Shown one piece after another: positions 18,034 through 27,832 of a DNA stretch of 64,000 bases. A program made the position numbers and the translations under genes. Under the pieces are notes generated by a model that saw nothing but the letters and a program-made list of their open reading frames with translations, ran no database searches and had not been told where the DNA came from. Numbering within the stretch: the first letter of the stretch is position 1; every line of letters starts with the position of its first letter. The DNA is taken from contig CAZXNM010000005.1 in assembly GCA_964641955.1 (NCBI GenBank), forward strand, positions 164,066-228,065, read 5' to 3'. Source of the stretch: an uncultured Planctomycetota bacterium (GTDB lineage Bacteria; Planctomycetota; SKW154; DAOVDS01).

Positions 18034-19029
18034 ATGAGATGGGTTGCCGGAGCGATTACGCTGGGCGCGGTTATTGCGGTCTGCGCGGCTGTAATGGGCC
18101 AGTCCGCCGGACTGCCGACTCTGGAGCAGGCGGTGGACTTCATCGAGTACGCCGCAGTCTGCGAGGTTGTCGAGGCGCAGAAGTTCGAGGGCAAGGAACC
18201 CTGGCAGACAGTCAAGTACAAGCTGGTCAAGACGCTCAAGGGCAAGTTCAAGGACAAGGAGTTCGAACTCTACTACATACAGTCGGTGAACGGGAGCCAG
18301 GGCTACGGCCTGCCGCTGCCCGACTCGTTCGTGGAAAAAGGGAAGAAGGTCATTCTGTTCTTCGAGAAGTGGACGGACAAGGACAAGAAGGAGAAGCTGC
18401 GCGCCGTAACGCCCGACCCGCACACGTTCGACCTGTCGGCGACGGACGAGCTGCTCAAGAAGGTCGAAGGGCTTCTGAAGGAGTGGGAGAAGCAGGAGAA
18501 GGAGCTCGAGAAGCAGCGCAAGAAGAAGTCGCACGTCAACAAGGTGCCCGCGTTCAAGGTTACGAAGGCCAGCGACGACTGGCTGATAGTTGACATGGAA
18601 AAGCAGAAGGAAGAGATGCTCAAGCGGGCCAGCTCGCCGCAGGAGAAGCAGAGCATCGAAAAGAAGTACTCCGAGGAGCCGTGCAGGATATTCAACAAGA
18701 AGGCGAAGGCGACGCTGCAGGTGCGCTCGAAGAAAGCCGACACCAGCGTCAGGATAGATGATGCAAAGCAGTGGGTCGAGGACGACCTGAAGGCCAACCA
18801 CCCGGGCGCGACACTGACCTCGGCAAAGCGGGTGAAGTGCTGCGGCGAACTCGGCTGGGGGTTCAAATACGAGGTCGCCTCAGCCGACGGCAAGGTCAAG
18901 ACAAGCTACGAGCGATTCATCTTCGTGCGCAAGGGATACCTCTACGACATCCGGATGTGGTGCCCCTCGGAGGAGTACGACAAGATGAAGAAGGACTTCG
19001 CGAAAATGATAAAGAGCTTCAGATTCTGA
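18034..19029 (+). CDS. hypothetical secreted Lys/Glu-rich protein
   Basis: Signal peptide. RBS AAGGAGGG. C-terminus ...KSFRF is shared with the preceding gene. Confidence 0.5.
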   Translation: MRWVAGAITLGAVIAVCAAVMGQSAGLPTLEQAVDFIEYAAVCEVVEAQKFEGKEPWQTVKYKLVKTLKGKFKDKEFELYYIQSVNGSQGYGLPLPDSFVEKGKKVILFFEKWTDKDKKEKLRAVTPDPHTFDLSATDELLKKVEGLLKEWEKQEKELEKQRKKKSHVNKVPAFKVTKASDDWLIVDMEKQKEEMLKRASSPQEKQSIEKKYSEEPCRIFNKKAKATLQVRSKKADTSVRIDDAKQWVEDDLKANHPGATLTSAKRVKCCGELGWGFKYEVASADGKVKTSYERFIFVRKGYLYDIRMWCPSEEYDKMKKDFAKMIKSFRF

Positions 19030-19056
19030 CGGGTTCCCCCTTAAATGCGAATAGAA

Positions 19057-19093
19057 GAAGCCCCGGCGTTCAAGCCGGGGCTTCCTGTTTTTT
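19057..19093 (+). terminator. rho-independent terminator
   Basis: GAAGCCCCGGC-gttcaa-GCCGGGGCTTC followed by CTGTTTTTT. It sits between convergent genes. Confidence 0.7.
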
Positions 19094-19107
19094 CTTCCCA
19101 TCGCGCC

Positions 19108-19893
19108 CTATGCCAGGGCCGCCTTGAGGTACGAGTCGGAATAAATCATCTTGTTCATCAGCAAGTCGGCGGTAATCCAGGCATCCATCAGGTCCTTGTC
19201 GAGGACATCGACGATGGCGCTGTCGCAGCCGTGCGCGGCGAGCATGACGAGCATGATGCGGTTGATGAGGTGGCGCTCATGGGTGCTCTGCGAGATGTTC
19301 GAGAGGCCAACCGTGATATGAGGCGCCGGCTCGGCCATCATGCGAATCTGGCTCACGGCCTCGAAAATCATCTGCGGCTGGCGCTGGTCCACGTTGATGG
19401 GGAGTATAATGGGGTCGATGTAGAGGCGGTCGGTCGGCACGCCGTACTCCATGGCCTTCTCGATAATGGTCATCGCGTTTTCGAGCCGCTTCTCGGTGGA
19501 CTGCGAGACGCCGTCCTTGTCCATGCAGAGCGCGACGAGCGCGGCGTCGTGCTCCTTGCACAGCGGCAGGTAGATATCGAGCTTCTCCGGGTCGGCCTGG
19601 CAGGAGTTAATCATGCAGTGGCCTTTGACCACTTCGAGCCCGGCCTTGATGACGTCGAGCTTCTGGCTATCGAGCGCAAGCGGCGTGTCGCACTTCTCCT
19701 GGATGGTCGTGACGAGCCATTGCATGGCGTCGATCTGGTCCGCTGCGGCCGTACCGACGTTGACGTCGAGGTACGAGGCGCCCGCCTTAGTCTGGTTCTC
19801 GGCGAGCTGGTGAATCGCCGCCGGGTCCTTCGATGCGATTGCCTTCTTGACGTCGGTGAACATGCCGTTTAGTCTTTCGCCGATTGGTATCAT
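19108..19893 (-). CDS. acsE: methyltetrahydrofolate:corrinoid/iron-sulfur protein methyltransferase (pterin-binding, AcsE-like)
   Basis: 261-aa pterin-binding (DHPS-like TIM barrel) protein. It sits in the acs cluster with a strong RBS GAGAAGGAGG. Confidence 0.8.
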   Translation of the reverse strand: MIPIGERLNGMFTDVKKAIASKDPAAIHQLAENQTKAGASYLDVNVGTAAADQIDAMQWLVTTIQEKCDTPLALDSQKLDVIKAGLEVVKGHCMINSCQADPEKLDIYLPLCKEHDAALVALCMDKDGVSQSTEKRLENAMTIIEKAMEYGVPTDRLYIDPIILPINVDQRQPQMIFEAVSQIRMMAEPAPHITVGLSNISQSTHERHLINRIMLVMLAAHGCDSAIVDVLDKDLMDAWITADLLMNKMIYSDSYLKAALA

Positions 19894-19935
19894 GCTGACC
19901 TCCTTCTCTCCGTTTCCCCAACGGGTACTGTCGCC

Positions 19936-20898
19936 CTAATCGTAGAGTTTGTCAATCATCTTCGAGACGGTCTTGATGGCCTGCGGGTGGCGCATCAGCA
20001 TTATATCGCCGCCGGAAATGAGCATGCCCATCGCGGTGGCTATTTCCCACATGGGGCCGCGTTTGGACTCGGGTCCCCATTCGGGGAAGTCCGCTTCGGG
20101 AGCTTTGGCCTCCTTGGCGCGCCAGGCCTCGTGCCCGACTGTCGCAAGCATGGGCATGGCCATCATCTTGTCGCCGCCGAGGGCGGCGAGGCGCTCGCGC
20201 TCCTGTATGGAATAGACGTATTCGAGGCCGTAGCCGAGCGCGCCCGTCGTCTGGAACATGACGACGCGCTCCAGCGGGAAGTCCATGTCCGTGAGCAGGA
20301 TGTTGACCTGCTTGCCGATGTTTATGTCGATGGGGGCTTCGGCGATGACGTTGTGGCCGTCGGCGAGGGCCACGGCGGCTATCGTCTTGTAGTTGTCCTG
20401 GGTGGCGCTTCCGAGCAGGGCTTTCTCGCCCTTGAGCACCTGGCTGACCTTGGGCAGCACCGCGTTGTCCTTCTCCGGGGAGCCGCAGCCCCAGATTATG
20501 AGCGGCACGCCGACCGACTCCTTGAGCTTCGTGACGACTTCCACCGCGTGCGCATCGTCGAGGTTGCCCTTGTCGGGGTGAATGCCGTCGAGCGAGAGCG
20601 CAATCAAGGCCACACCGAGTTCGTCCACGCACTTCTTGGCCCACGCGCCCACGTCGCCGTATACGTCCGCGTATTCCTTCCTGAGCATTTCGGGCCATTC
20701 CTCGGGCGGCGTGTCAACGATATGCGCGGCGATGACGGGCTTGTTGCCCACTTCGCCCTCGAACTGGTGGAAGGGCAGGGCCTTCGCCCCGCCTACCTTC
20801 ACGACCGAGGAGCGTGTCCCGCCTTCTTCCGCGGTGGCGCCTATCGTCACCTCGTTCACAACTCCCGACCAACTTTCCGTAACCGCCGGCAAAGCCAT
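19936..20898 (-). CDS. acsD: corrinoid iron-sulfur protein small (delta) subunit
   Basis: ~320-aa TIM-barrel-type CFeSP small-subunit-like sequence. ATG at 20898 with GGGAGGTG RBS (the ORF-track TTG start 15 nt upstream is rejected). Confidence 0.8.
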   Translation of the reverse strand: MALPAVTESWSGVVNEVTIGATAEEGGTRSSVVKVGGAKALPFHQFEGEVGNKPVIAAHIVDTPPEEWPEMLRKEYADVYGDVGAWAKKCVDELGVALIALSLDGIHPDKGNLDDAHAVEVVTKLKESVGVPLIIWGCGSPEKDNAVLPKVSQVLKGEKALLGSATQDNYKTIAAVALADGHNVIAEAPIDINIGKQVNILLTDMDFPLERVVMFQTTGALGYGLEYVYSIQERERLAALGGDKMMAMPMLATVGHEAWRAKEAKAPEADFPEWGPESKRGPMWEIATAMGMLISGGDIMLMRHPQAIKTVSKMIDKLYD

Positions 20899-20932
20899 TC
20901 CTGCACCTCCCAATCTCTCAGATTGCCGTTAC

Positions 20933-21493
20933 TTAACCTTGCTCTTCACTTTTCGGAAAACAGTCCTTGCACAAAATAGTCAGCTTCCTGTTAGCCGTAT
21001 CGAAGCGTATCATAGTGTCCGCGTCGTCGAGCACCTTGTTGCACCCGTCGCAGCGTCGCAGCTTCACGTCCGGGTGCTGCCTGCGCAGCGCGTCTAATAC
21101 CGCCCTGTTCGCCGCGATGACCGAGGTCACGTCGTCTTCGAGGAATACGCGCATATCGTCGATGACCGTCACGTCCTGCGGGCGCATCATGATTACGGTG
21201 AGCTGGTTGTCGCCCTCGTAAAGAGGGACGACGCTGTAAATCGCGGCCAGGTCGCCGAACGCCAGTTCGGAGACCTTCTTGGGAACCGATATGCCGTATA
21301 TCGCCTCGGGGTCGTGCGCGACCTGGCTCTGCCACGCCTGCCAGAGGTCGCGCGGCTGGACGAGCCCCTTTTCGATGAGTATCTCGCCGAGCAGCCTGCC
21401 CGTGGCTTCCTGCTCTTCGAGCGCGGCCTGTACGTCGCTCTCGTCAACGAGACCGAATTCCTTCAGTATCTCGCCAATCCTGCGTTTGGCCAT
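20933..21493 (-). CDS. MshEN/T2SSE_N-like domain protein with C-terminal CxxC...CxxC zinc ribbon (possible c-di-GMP binding)
   Basis: N-terminus RIGEILKEFGLVDESDVQAALEEQ fits the 24-aa MshEN motif RLGxxLLxxGLLxxxxLxxxLxxQ, and a degenerate second copy follows (LLGEILIEKGLVQPRDLWQAWQSQ). C-terminal CDGC...CKDC. The ATG immediately abuts the cooC TGA (TGAATG). Confidence 0.5.
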   Translation of the reverse strand: MAKRRIGEILKEFGLVDESDVQAALEEQEATGRLLGEILIEKGLVQPRDLWQAWQSQVAHDPEAIYGISVPKKVSELAFGDLAAIYSVVPLYEGDNQLTVIMMRPQDVTVIDDMRVFLEDDVTSVIAANRAVLDALRRQHPDVKLRRCDGCNKVLDDADTMIRFDTANRKLTILCKDCFPKSEEQG

Positions 21494-22255
21494 TCATTTT
21501 CCCCCGGAACGGATTTCCTCTATGACAGCGCTGAGCCCGTCCTTTACGAATTCGGCGCTCCTGCCGAGCAGCGGCTCGCCCCTGAGCATCGTTTCCTCCA
21601 GGGCCGGGCTGTAACCCATCCTGGCGGAGACCTGGGCGTCGAGACCGGCCAGCCTCTCTTCGATGATTTTCGGAAGCTCCTGCCTCACCTGGTTGAGGAC
21701 AATTTCGCGTTTCTTGATGATTACGGGCAGGCTTTTGGTCATTTTGACTATGCGCTCCGCGGCGGCGATGCTTGCCGGCAGGGCCTGCGTGACGACGAGC
21801 AGCAGGTCAACCCTCGTGGTCGTGCGCCTCGACAGGTGTTCCATGCCCGCCTCGTTGTCGATGACGACGTACGAATAGTCCTCGCTCAGCACGTCGAGAT
21901 ACTTGCGGAGTATGTTGTTTATATAGCAGTAGCAGCCCGGGCCCTCCGGCCGGCCCATTGTCAGGAGGTCGAAGCCTTCGCACTCCTGTACGGCCTTCTG
22001 GATGCCGTACTCGACCATGCGCTCCTTGGACATGCCGCTGGGCGGGTCGAGCTTCTTCTCCATGAAACTTTCTCGCACGTCGGCGACCGTCTCCGTGACC
22101 TCCTGTCCCAGCAGCAGACCGAGGTTGAAGTTGGGGTCCGCATCCACCGCCAGGACGGAGCCGGAGCCTGATGCGACGAGTTCGCTCACGACAAGCGCGG
22201 CGACGGTCGATTTGCCCGTTCCGCCTTTCCCGCTGATTGCCGTGACGTATCCCAT
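21494..22255 (-). CDS. cooC: CODH/ACS nickel-insertion accessory ATPase (CooC/AcsF family)
   Basis: Deviant Walker A GKGGTGKST; MinD/CooC-like. Confidence 0.85.
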   Translation of the reverse strand: MGYVTAISGKGGTGKSTVAALVVSELVASGSGSVLAVDADPNFNLGLLLGQEVTETVADVRESFMEKKLDPPSGMSKERMVEYGIQKAVQECEGFDLLTMGRPEGPGCYCYINNILRKYLDVLSEDYSYVVIDNEAGMEHLSRRTTTRVDLLLVVTQALPASIAAAERIVKMTKSLPVIIKKREIVLNQVRQELPKIIEERLAGLDAQVSARMGYSPALEETMLRGEPLLGRSAEFVKDGLSAVIEEIRSGGK

Positions 22256-22256
22256 G

Positions 22257-24197
22257 CTAACGCTTCTGCTCCACCAGTTTCGAAACGGAGGGAAAGAGGT
22301 CGATATCCGTGTGCGGCAGGAAGGTCGCCTTCACGAACTCGTCCATGAACTTAACGTCGCCCATGAGGTCGAAATAGGTCATCTTGCCCGCAATCTCGTG
22401 GGCTCTCTCGTAAGCCTCGCGGGAGAGCAGGGCGATTTTCGCGCCCTCGACCGAAGTGTTGCCGGCGAAGGTGACCTTCGACGGTTTCACGTCCGGCAGC
22501 ATGCCTATGGTGATTGCGCTCTCGATGTTCAGGTAGTTGCCGAAACCTCCGGCGAGGTATATCCTCGAGATGTCGTCAACCGAAAGCTGCAGCGATTCGA
22601 GCAGTATCGTGACTGCGGCGTAGACGGCGGCCTTGGAGCGCATCAGGTTCTCTATGTCTATCTCGCTTATGGTTATGTCTCTTCCGATGGCCGATTCCGC
22701 CTTGGGAACTATGACGAACTCCCCGATGCCGTCCCTTTCGCGCAGCCTGTTGCTCTTGACTTCGCGGTTGAACTTGCCCGACCTGTCCAGGATTCCGGCT
22801 GTGAACAGCCGGGCCATGATGTCGAGAAGACCCGAGCCGCATATGCTCCTTGCCGGGCGGTTTCCGACGGTGAAGTACTTGAAGGAGAAACCTTCCTTCG
22901 TGCCCGGCGCTGGCTTCGCCTCGAAGCTCTCGATTGCGCCCCACATGGCGCGGCTGCCGTGCTCGACGCCCGAGCCCTCGAACGCGGGTCCCGCCGAACA
23001 GGAACAGCACAGCAGAGACTCGCTGTCGCCGAGTACGACTTCCCCGTTGGTGCCTATGTCAACGAAGAGGCAGGTGTCTTCCTTGGTGTCGAGCTGCAGG
23101 CTCATCACTCCCGCGGTTATGTCCGCCCCCACGTAAGCGGCCACGCCGGGCAGAACGTAGAGGCGCGCCTTCGGGCTGACCCTGATACCGACCTCGTCGG
23201 CGGACAGCGGCGGTATTATGTTCGAGCTGGGGACGTACGGGTCCCTTCGCAGCCTCGTGGGGTCGAGGCCGAGAAGGAAATGGACCATGGCCGTGTTCCC
23301 CGCCACCACCACGCTCGCTATCTCGTGCAGGTCAACTCCGCTTCGCGAAACGAGCTTGGCCGCGAGGCTGTTGATATCGCTGAGAATCAGATTTCTCATG
23401 TCGTCGAAGGCGTCGTGCTCCTCGCCGTATATTATCCTGTGTATGTAATCCTCGCCGTAGCGCATCTGCGAGTTGTAGGTCGCTTCGACATCGACGGTGA
23501 CGAACTTGCTCAGGTCCACGAGATGTACGACTACCGTCGTCGTGCCCACGTCGATGGCGAGCCCGAAATTCCTGCGCGCAGTGTCGCCGCGCTCGAGCTG
23601 CATAATCTCGTCGCTGCACCGGTTGAATGCTATCGTGGCCGTGACCTGCCAGTCGGAGCGCCTGAGCACGCGCGGGACGCTTCGCAGCAGGTCGAGGTCG
23701 CTGTGCAACTGCAGCGAAGGCCTGTCGAGCAGCGCACGTATCTCGAACCCGAGCCTCTCCGTGTCGGCGATATTCGATGCCGTGTCAGGGGGCTGCATGG
23801 TCATGTAGAGCTTGGTCACCAGCGGCGAGAGTTCGTACCCCGGCACATCGCTCGCATCCTGCGACTTTATCTTGCTCTTTCCGACCAGAATCCTGTCCGA
23901 TTCGGTCACCCTTGTGGGGACAAAGACCTCGACATCGCTGGCAATTTCCGCCCGGCAGGCGAGGACTGCACCTTTTTCCTCGCCTCCGGCGAGCGTGGGC
24001 CCATCCTTGAGGCTTACCTCGCCGCTTCTAACGTAGACCTTGCATTTCCCGCAGACGCCCTCGCCGCCGCACACGCTGTTGATGTAGACATCCGCCGTGT
24101 GCGCCGCTTCGAGCACTGTGGTGCCTTCGGGCACGGTGACAGTGACGTCATCGGGCAGAAAATGGACGCTGAAAGTCTTCTTGCGCTTCTTGACCAA
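22257..24197 (-). CDS. reductive activator of corrinoid protein (RACo): 2Fe-2S ferredoxin + ASKHA ATPase (DUF4445)
   Basis: N-terminal plant-type ferredoxin Cys cluster (C..GxC..C...C), then a ~500-aa ASKHA-like domain. Typical position in acs operons. Confidence 0.75.
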   Translation of the reverse strand: MVKKRKKTFSVHFLPDDVTVTVPEGTTVLEAAHTADVYINSVCGGEGVCGKCKVYVRSGEVSLKDGPTLAGGEEKGAVLACRAEIASDVEVFVPTRVTESDRILVGKSKIKSQDASDVPGYELSPLVTKLYMTMQPPDTASNIADTERLGFEIRALLDRPSLQLHSDLDLLRSVPRVLRRSDWQVTATIAFNRCSDEIMQLERGDTARRNFGLAIDVGTTTVVVHLVDLSKFVTVDVEATYNSQMRYGEDYIHRIIYGEEHDAFDDMRNLILSDINSLAAKLVSRSGVDLHEIASVVVAGNTAMVHFLLGLDPTRLRRDPYVPSSNIIPPLSADEVGIRVSPKARLYVLPGVAAYVGADITAGVMSLQLDTKEDTCLFVDIGTNGEVVLGDSESLLCCSCSAGPAFEGSGVEHGSRAMWGAIESFEAKPAPGTKEGFSFKYFTVGNRPARSICGSGLLDIMARLFTAGILDRSGKFNREVKSNRLRERDGIGEFVIVPKAESAIGRDITISEIDIENLMRSKAAVYAAVTILLESLQLSVDDISRIYLAGGFGNYLNIESAITIGMLPDVKPSKVTFAGNTSVEGAKIALLSREAYERAHEIAGKMTYFDLMGDVKFMDEFVKATFLPHTDIDLFPSVSKLVEQKR

Positions 24198-24218
24198 CGT
24201 GTCTCTCTCGGGATTGTA

Positions 24219-25562
24219 CTACTTCCACATTTCCTTCAGAAATTTGGGAATATAGGATGCCTCCTTGGGGCCGACGAGTATCTCCCAGCCGGTCTCCTCC
24301 TCGAGCTTCCCGCTCATCACCGCGACGAGTCCCGGTATGATGAGCTTTTTGTGTTTGACGACGTTCTCGAGGCCCGTAGCGGCTATGGCCTTTGCCACGG
24401 TCTTTTCGTTGAGCTTGTCCCCGGAGTACGCCGTCAGCACGGAAAGCCCCTCGGTATCGACCGCGAGGATGTAGGCGGGCACGCGGCTTGCCTCCACTTC
24501 GCCCTCGACCGAGAAATACGTGAGCGAGAAGTTCGTGGTGAACAGCACGGGCGAGTTTTCGTCCGGTTCGCCCACCTTGTAGAGCTTCTCGTCAACCTGT
24601 ATGGGTTTCTGCGGATTGGTGTATATATTCTGCTGCATGGTGAGCAGAGGCAGCGCTTCCTCCGGCGCCGCGACATCGAGCACGATAATGCCCGCGTACT
24701 TGCCGACGTAGATGCTCGCTTGGGCCACCTGCTCGAGGTCGTCATCCGCGCCCGCCCCGGCATCGACGATGGTCGGGAAGCCGAGCGACCTGAACGTCTT
24801 CTTTATCGCCAGGCGGCGCAGCTTGGTCAGGGAATGGATGTTTTCCTTCACGCCTGCGCCGGGGGGAACAATCATAATCTCCTCGACGCCGAGTTCCTTG
24901 AGCTTGGGCGTGAGTTCGGCAATTTCCTCCAGCGAGGCGCCCTTGACCGCCAGCGGCAGCTTCTCCTTGCCGCAGAAAGCACCGAGCTTCTCGAAGCTGT
25001 CCTTGTCGGCAGCGTAGAGCAGCGGGCGGCTGTCCTTTATCGCCCCGGCGGCGGCGATAAGGTTGTCCGCGTTGTCGCTCATCAGGATGACGTTCTTGAT
25101 CGGCCCTGCCGCGGCCTTCTGGGCCGCCGCGGTGAACTTGCCGGCGTCCCCGCTGACGTTTGTGACCGCGACGCCGTTGACGAATATCTCCATGCCGACC
25201 CGCGTCCAGCGAAGCTTGCCAATGCCTTCGAGGCGCGCGCCCAGAGCGCCGTCGTCGAGGTCGTCGCCGGCTTTAATCGCGACGCCGCAGGGGTTCATGA
25301 ACCTGTCCTCGTGGCGGAACATGACCGTCTCTTCGCCGACCTTGATAGCGCCGTCGCCGGTGCCGACGGTCACCAGCTTTATGGGAGGAGCCGCAGCGCC
25401 TTCGAGCGCCTGCTTGGCTTCCTCGCTCACATCGGGACACTTGGAGAGTTCGACCTTCTTTTGCGCAAGCTGCATTGCGAACGCAAGGCATGTGGGAAAG
25501 CCGCACTTCTTGCAGTTCGTCTTAGGGAGCAGCTTGTATATCTCGATACCTGTCAGTGCCAT
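24219..25562 (-). CDS. acsC: corrinoid iron-sulfur protein large (gamma) subunit
   Basis: N-terminal 4Fe-4S motif CKKCGFPTCLAFAMQLA...KC, then a TIM-barrel plus Rossmann B12-binding region. Confidence 0.85.
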   Translation of the reverse strand: MALTGIEIYKLLPKTNCKKCGFPTCLAFAMQLAQKKVELSKCPDVSEEAKQALEGAAAPPIKLVTVGTGDGAIKVGEETVMFRHEDRFMNPCGVAIKAGDDLDDGALGARLEGIGKLRWTRVGMEIFVNGVAVTNVSGDAGKFTAAAQKAAAGPIKNVILMSDNADNLIAAAGAIKDSRPLLYAADKDSFEKLGAFCGKEKLPLAVKGASLEEIAELTPKLKELGVEEIMIVPPGAGVKENIHSLTKLRRLAIKKTFRSLGFPTIVDAGAGADDDLEQVAQASIYVGKYAGIIVLDVAAPEEALPLLTMQQNIYTNPQKPIQVDEKLYKVGEPDENSPVLFTTNFSLTYFSVEGEVEASRVPAYILAVDTEGLSVLTAYSGDKLNEKTVAKAIAATGLENVVKHKKLIIPGLVAVMSGKLEEETGWEILVGPKEASYIPKFLKEMWK

Positions 25563-25590
25563 CTTCTTCTCCCTATAGCAACAGGAATTT

Positions 25591-27795
25591 TTACAGCATG
25601 GGGTCCATGGACAATGCGGGATGGTCCACCTTCTGCATGAATTCCATCACCGCCTCTTCTGTAGTACCGACTTCCTCGTCGGCTATCTTGTCTACGAAAT
25701 CCGGAATTCCGGCCTCGTCGCATCGTTTCTGCAGCAGGTCCCTTATCTCTTCCTTCATCTTCTTGGGCATCCAGACGATTCGCTTGAAGCCGCCATCGGC
25801 GCTCATGTACTTGGGGCTGGCGACATAGCGTTTCGAGTGGCCCATGAAGCCCGGTGTCTGCAGGCCGCCGCCGACGGTTCCGGCCATGGTCGAGAACTTC
25901 ATGCCCGAGGGCGTCTCGCCCGGATAGTCCCGGTCAACAATCATGATGCCGTTGGTCATGGGCAGAATCGCACATATCGACTCGAAGCAGCCGCAGGAGG
26001 TCATGGGGTCTATCATCATGGAGTATGCGCTCATGCGCTCAATGGACTTGTTGGACTTCTCGTAGACGAACAGGTTGACGCCATCCCACTGGCCGAGCGT
26101 CCCGTCGAGCGTCTTGCCCTTCTTGATGGGCTGGTTGGGGCCGGAAGGCGTAATCTCGTAGGCGGCACGGCCATCCAGCCAGTTGTAAGCCCCGCAGAGC
26201 CCGGGATGCTGCGGCGTAATGACGCAGACATGATTGGGCGCGAACGACTGACACAGGCTGCAGGAGTAGTAAACGTCCACCGATTCGTCGGTCATGCCTT
26301 CGACGCGCTCGTCGCGAGTCTTGAACACGTCGCGTGCCTGGGACACGAACTCCTGAACTTTCTCCTGGTCGGTGTAAATCCGCACCTGGACCTTGTCCAC
26401 GATGCTGGTGAAGTCTGAGTGTATCTTGGCGTGCAGGATGTCGCCGAGATGGTGCAGCCTGATGCCTGCGTTGAACGCCTCCTTCGAGATGCGCATCCAG
26501 ACTATGTCGCGCTGTCCCATGTGGAAGAGGCCCTGTGCCTGGTTTATGAAATCGTGTATGCGCCTTTCGAGGATAGGCTCGAAGTCCTCCTGCATCTTGC
26601 GGCCGGCGACTTCGACGATGGTCCCTATCTGGTACGTCGCGCCGACGTCCATGGCATCGAGGTCGGGGCCGAATATCTCGACCTTGCCGTCCTCGACCTC
26701 GTTCATATCCTTGACCCGCAGCAGCTCGAACCCGGTGGACTTGGGGCCGCCGAGTTCGACGTGCATGTCTTCGCGCTTGATTCGCTCGCCCTCGAACGCG
26801 GGACTGTAAGACACGGGCACGGGCACTTCCGTAATCTGGACCTTCAGGCCCCGGACCTCGATGGCCTTGTCCACGATTTCGTCGGCGGGCACGGGCGATA
26901 CGACGTGTTCGTATGTGGTCAGACCCGTGACCAGAATCTGCTCGATGTCCTCCTCCGCGAGGGCGGGGAACCCGTAGTTGATGGCGCCCGCGGCCTGCGC
27001 GTGCATCTCGTCGGTCACCGGGCCGAACGCCAGCGCGAACGCGAAAATGCGCAGGCGGTTGTACCTGAGCATCTTCTTGTAGTCGCCCGCCTCGACGCCG
27101 CCGAAGGAGAAGGCCGCGCGGCTGGCAAATCCCAGCGCGTGAATGGTTGCTGTCACGTCGTCGCCGAACGGCACGAGGCGCGTGTTCCAGCCGAGCTGCA
27201 CGCCTTCCTCGCGGAGCTGCTGGGCGAACGACTTGCCGTCGGTCGCGCAGGACATGAACGTGTAAAGGTTCTTCTCCTGGAGCTGTCGGGCTATCTTGAC
27301 CGCCGTTTTGTTGTCCTTGCAGTAGCCGAGAATGGCGGCGAAGCCCGGCGCAGAACCGTCAACGAACTCGATGCCGCGCTCGCGCATTATCTTGTCGTCC
27401 GCAGCACCCAGCCAGAGATGGTCCTCGTCCGGATCCTCGGCGACGAAGTACGGGACAGGATCCTGCGTGTATTTGACAGCCTCGATAATCTCGTCGGCGA
27501 ACAGCGTCGCCACGCCCGCGTCGAGCGTATGGCCGAGATACGGCAGCCACACCTTCTCGTCCGGCACCGGGTGCAGCAGAGACTTGGCTTTCTCGAGCAG
27601 GGACTGCATCTCGCCCAGCGTCGTAATCTTCGTTCCCAGAAAGCCGTAGCTTATTGGAAGAAAATATCCCGTGTTGGGGAATTCAACCTTGGTGTCGGGG
27701 CCTTTTTCCTCGAGGGCGGCTTTGAGTTCGCTTTCAGCGCGCTCGACGAGCTTGTGCGCGCCCCGGATAGCCCGCGTTGCAATCAACTTCGACAT
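25591..27795 (-). CDS. acsB: acetyl-CoA synthase (A-cluster subunit)
   Basis: 734 aa. The A-cluster motif ...TSCGCFE... (Cys-Gly-Cys bridging Ni) is present. RBS AGGAGGT. Confidence 0.9.
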   Translation of the reverse strand: MSKLIATRAIRGAHKLVERAESELKAALEEKGPDTKVEFPNTGYFLPISYGFLGTKITTLGEMQSLLEKAKSLLHPVPDEKVWLPYLGHTLDAGVATLFADEIIEAVKYTQDPVPYFVAEDPDEDHLWLGAADDKIMRERGIEFVDGSAPGFAAILGYCKDNKTAVKIARQLQEKNLYTFMSCATDGKSFAQQLREEGVQLGWNTRLVPFGDDVTATIHALGFASRAAFSFGGVEAGDYKKMLRYNRLRIFAFALAFGPVTDEMHAQAAGAINYGFPALAEEDIEQILVTGLTTYEHVVSPVPADEIVDKAIEVRGLKVQITEVPVPVSYSPAFEGERIKREDMHVELGGPKSTGFELLRVKDMNEVEDGKVEIFGPDLDAMDVGATYQIGTIVEVAGRKMQEDFEPILERRIHDFINQAQGLFHMGQRDIVWMRISKEAFNAGIRLHHLGDILHAKIHSDFTSIVDKVQVRIYTDQEKVQEFVSQARDVFKTRDERVEGMTDESVDVYYSCSLCQSFAPNHVCVITPQHPGLCGAYNWLDGRAAYEITPSGPNQPIKKGKTLDGTLGQWDGVNLFVYEKSNKSIERMSAYSMMIDPMTSCGCFESICAILPMTNGIMIVDRDYPGETPSGMKFSTMAGTVGGGLQTPGFMGHSKRYVASPKYMSADGGFKRIVWMPKKMKEEIRDLLQKRCDEAGIPDFVDKIADEEVGTTEEAVMEFMQKVDHPALSMDPML

Positions 27796-27832
27796 ATTCT
27801 AACCTCCTGCGTGGAGTTCCGTTTCGCTTCGG

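Noticed and set aside
22002-25640. 1212-aa ORF on the + strand spanning cooC/RACo/acsC
   Set aside because: It is antisense to three well-supported acs genes, and its product is low-complexity and Arg/Ala/Gly-rich (a typical high-GC antisense artefact). The same reasoning rejects 26419..28005 (+), 27923..28930 (+) and 19987..20979 (+).
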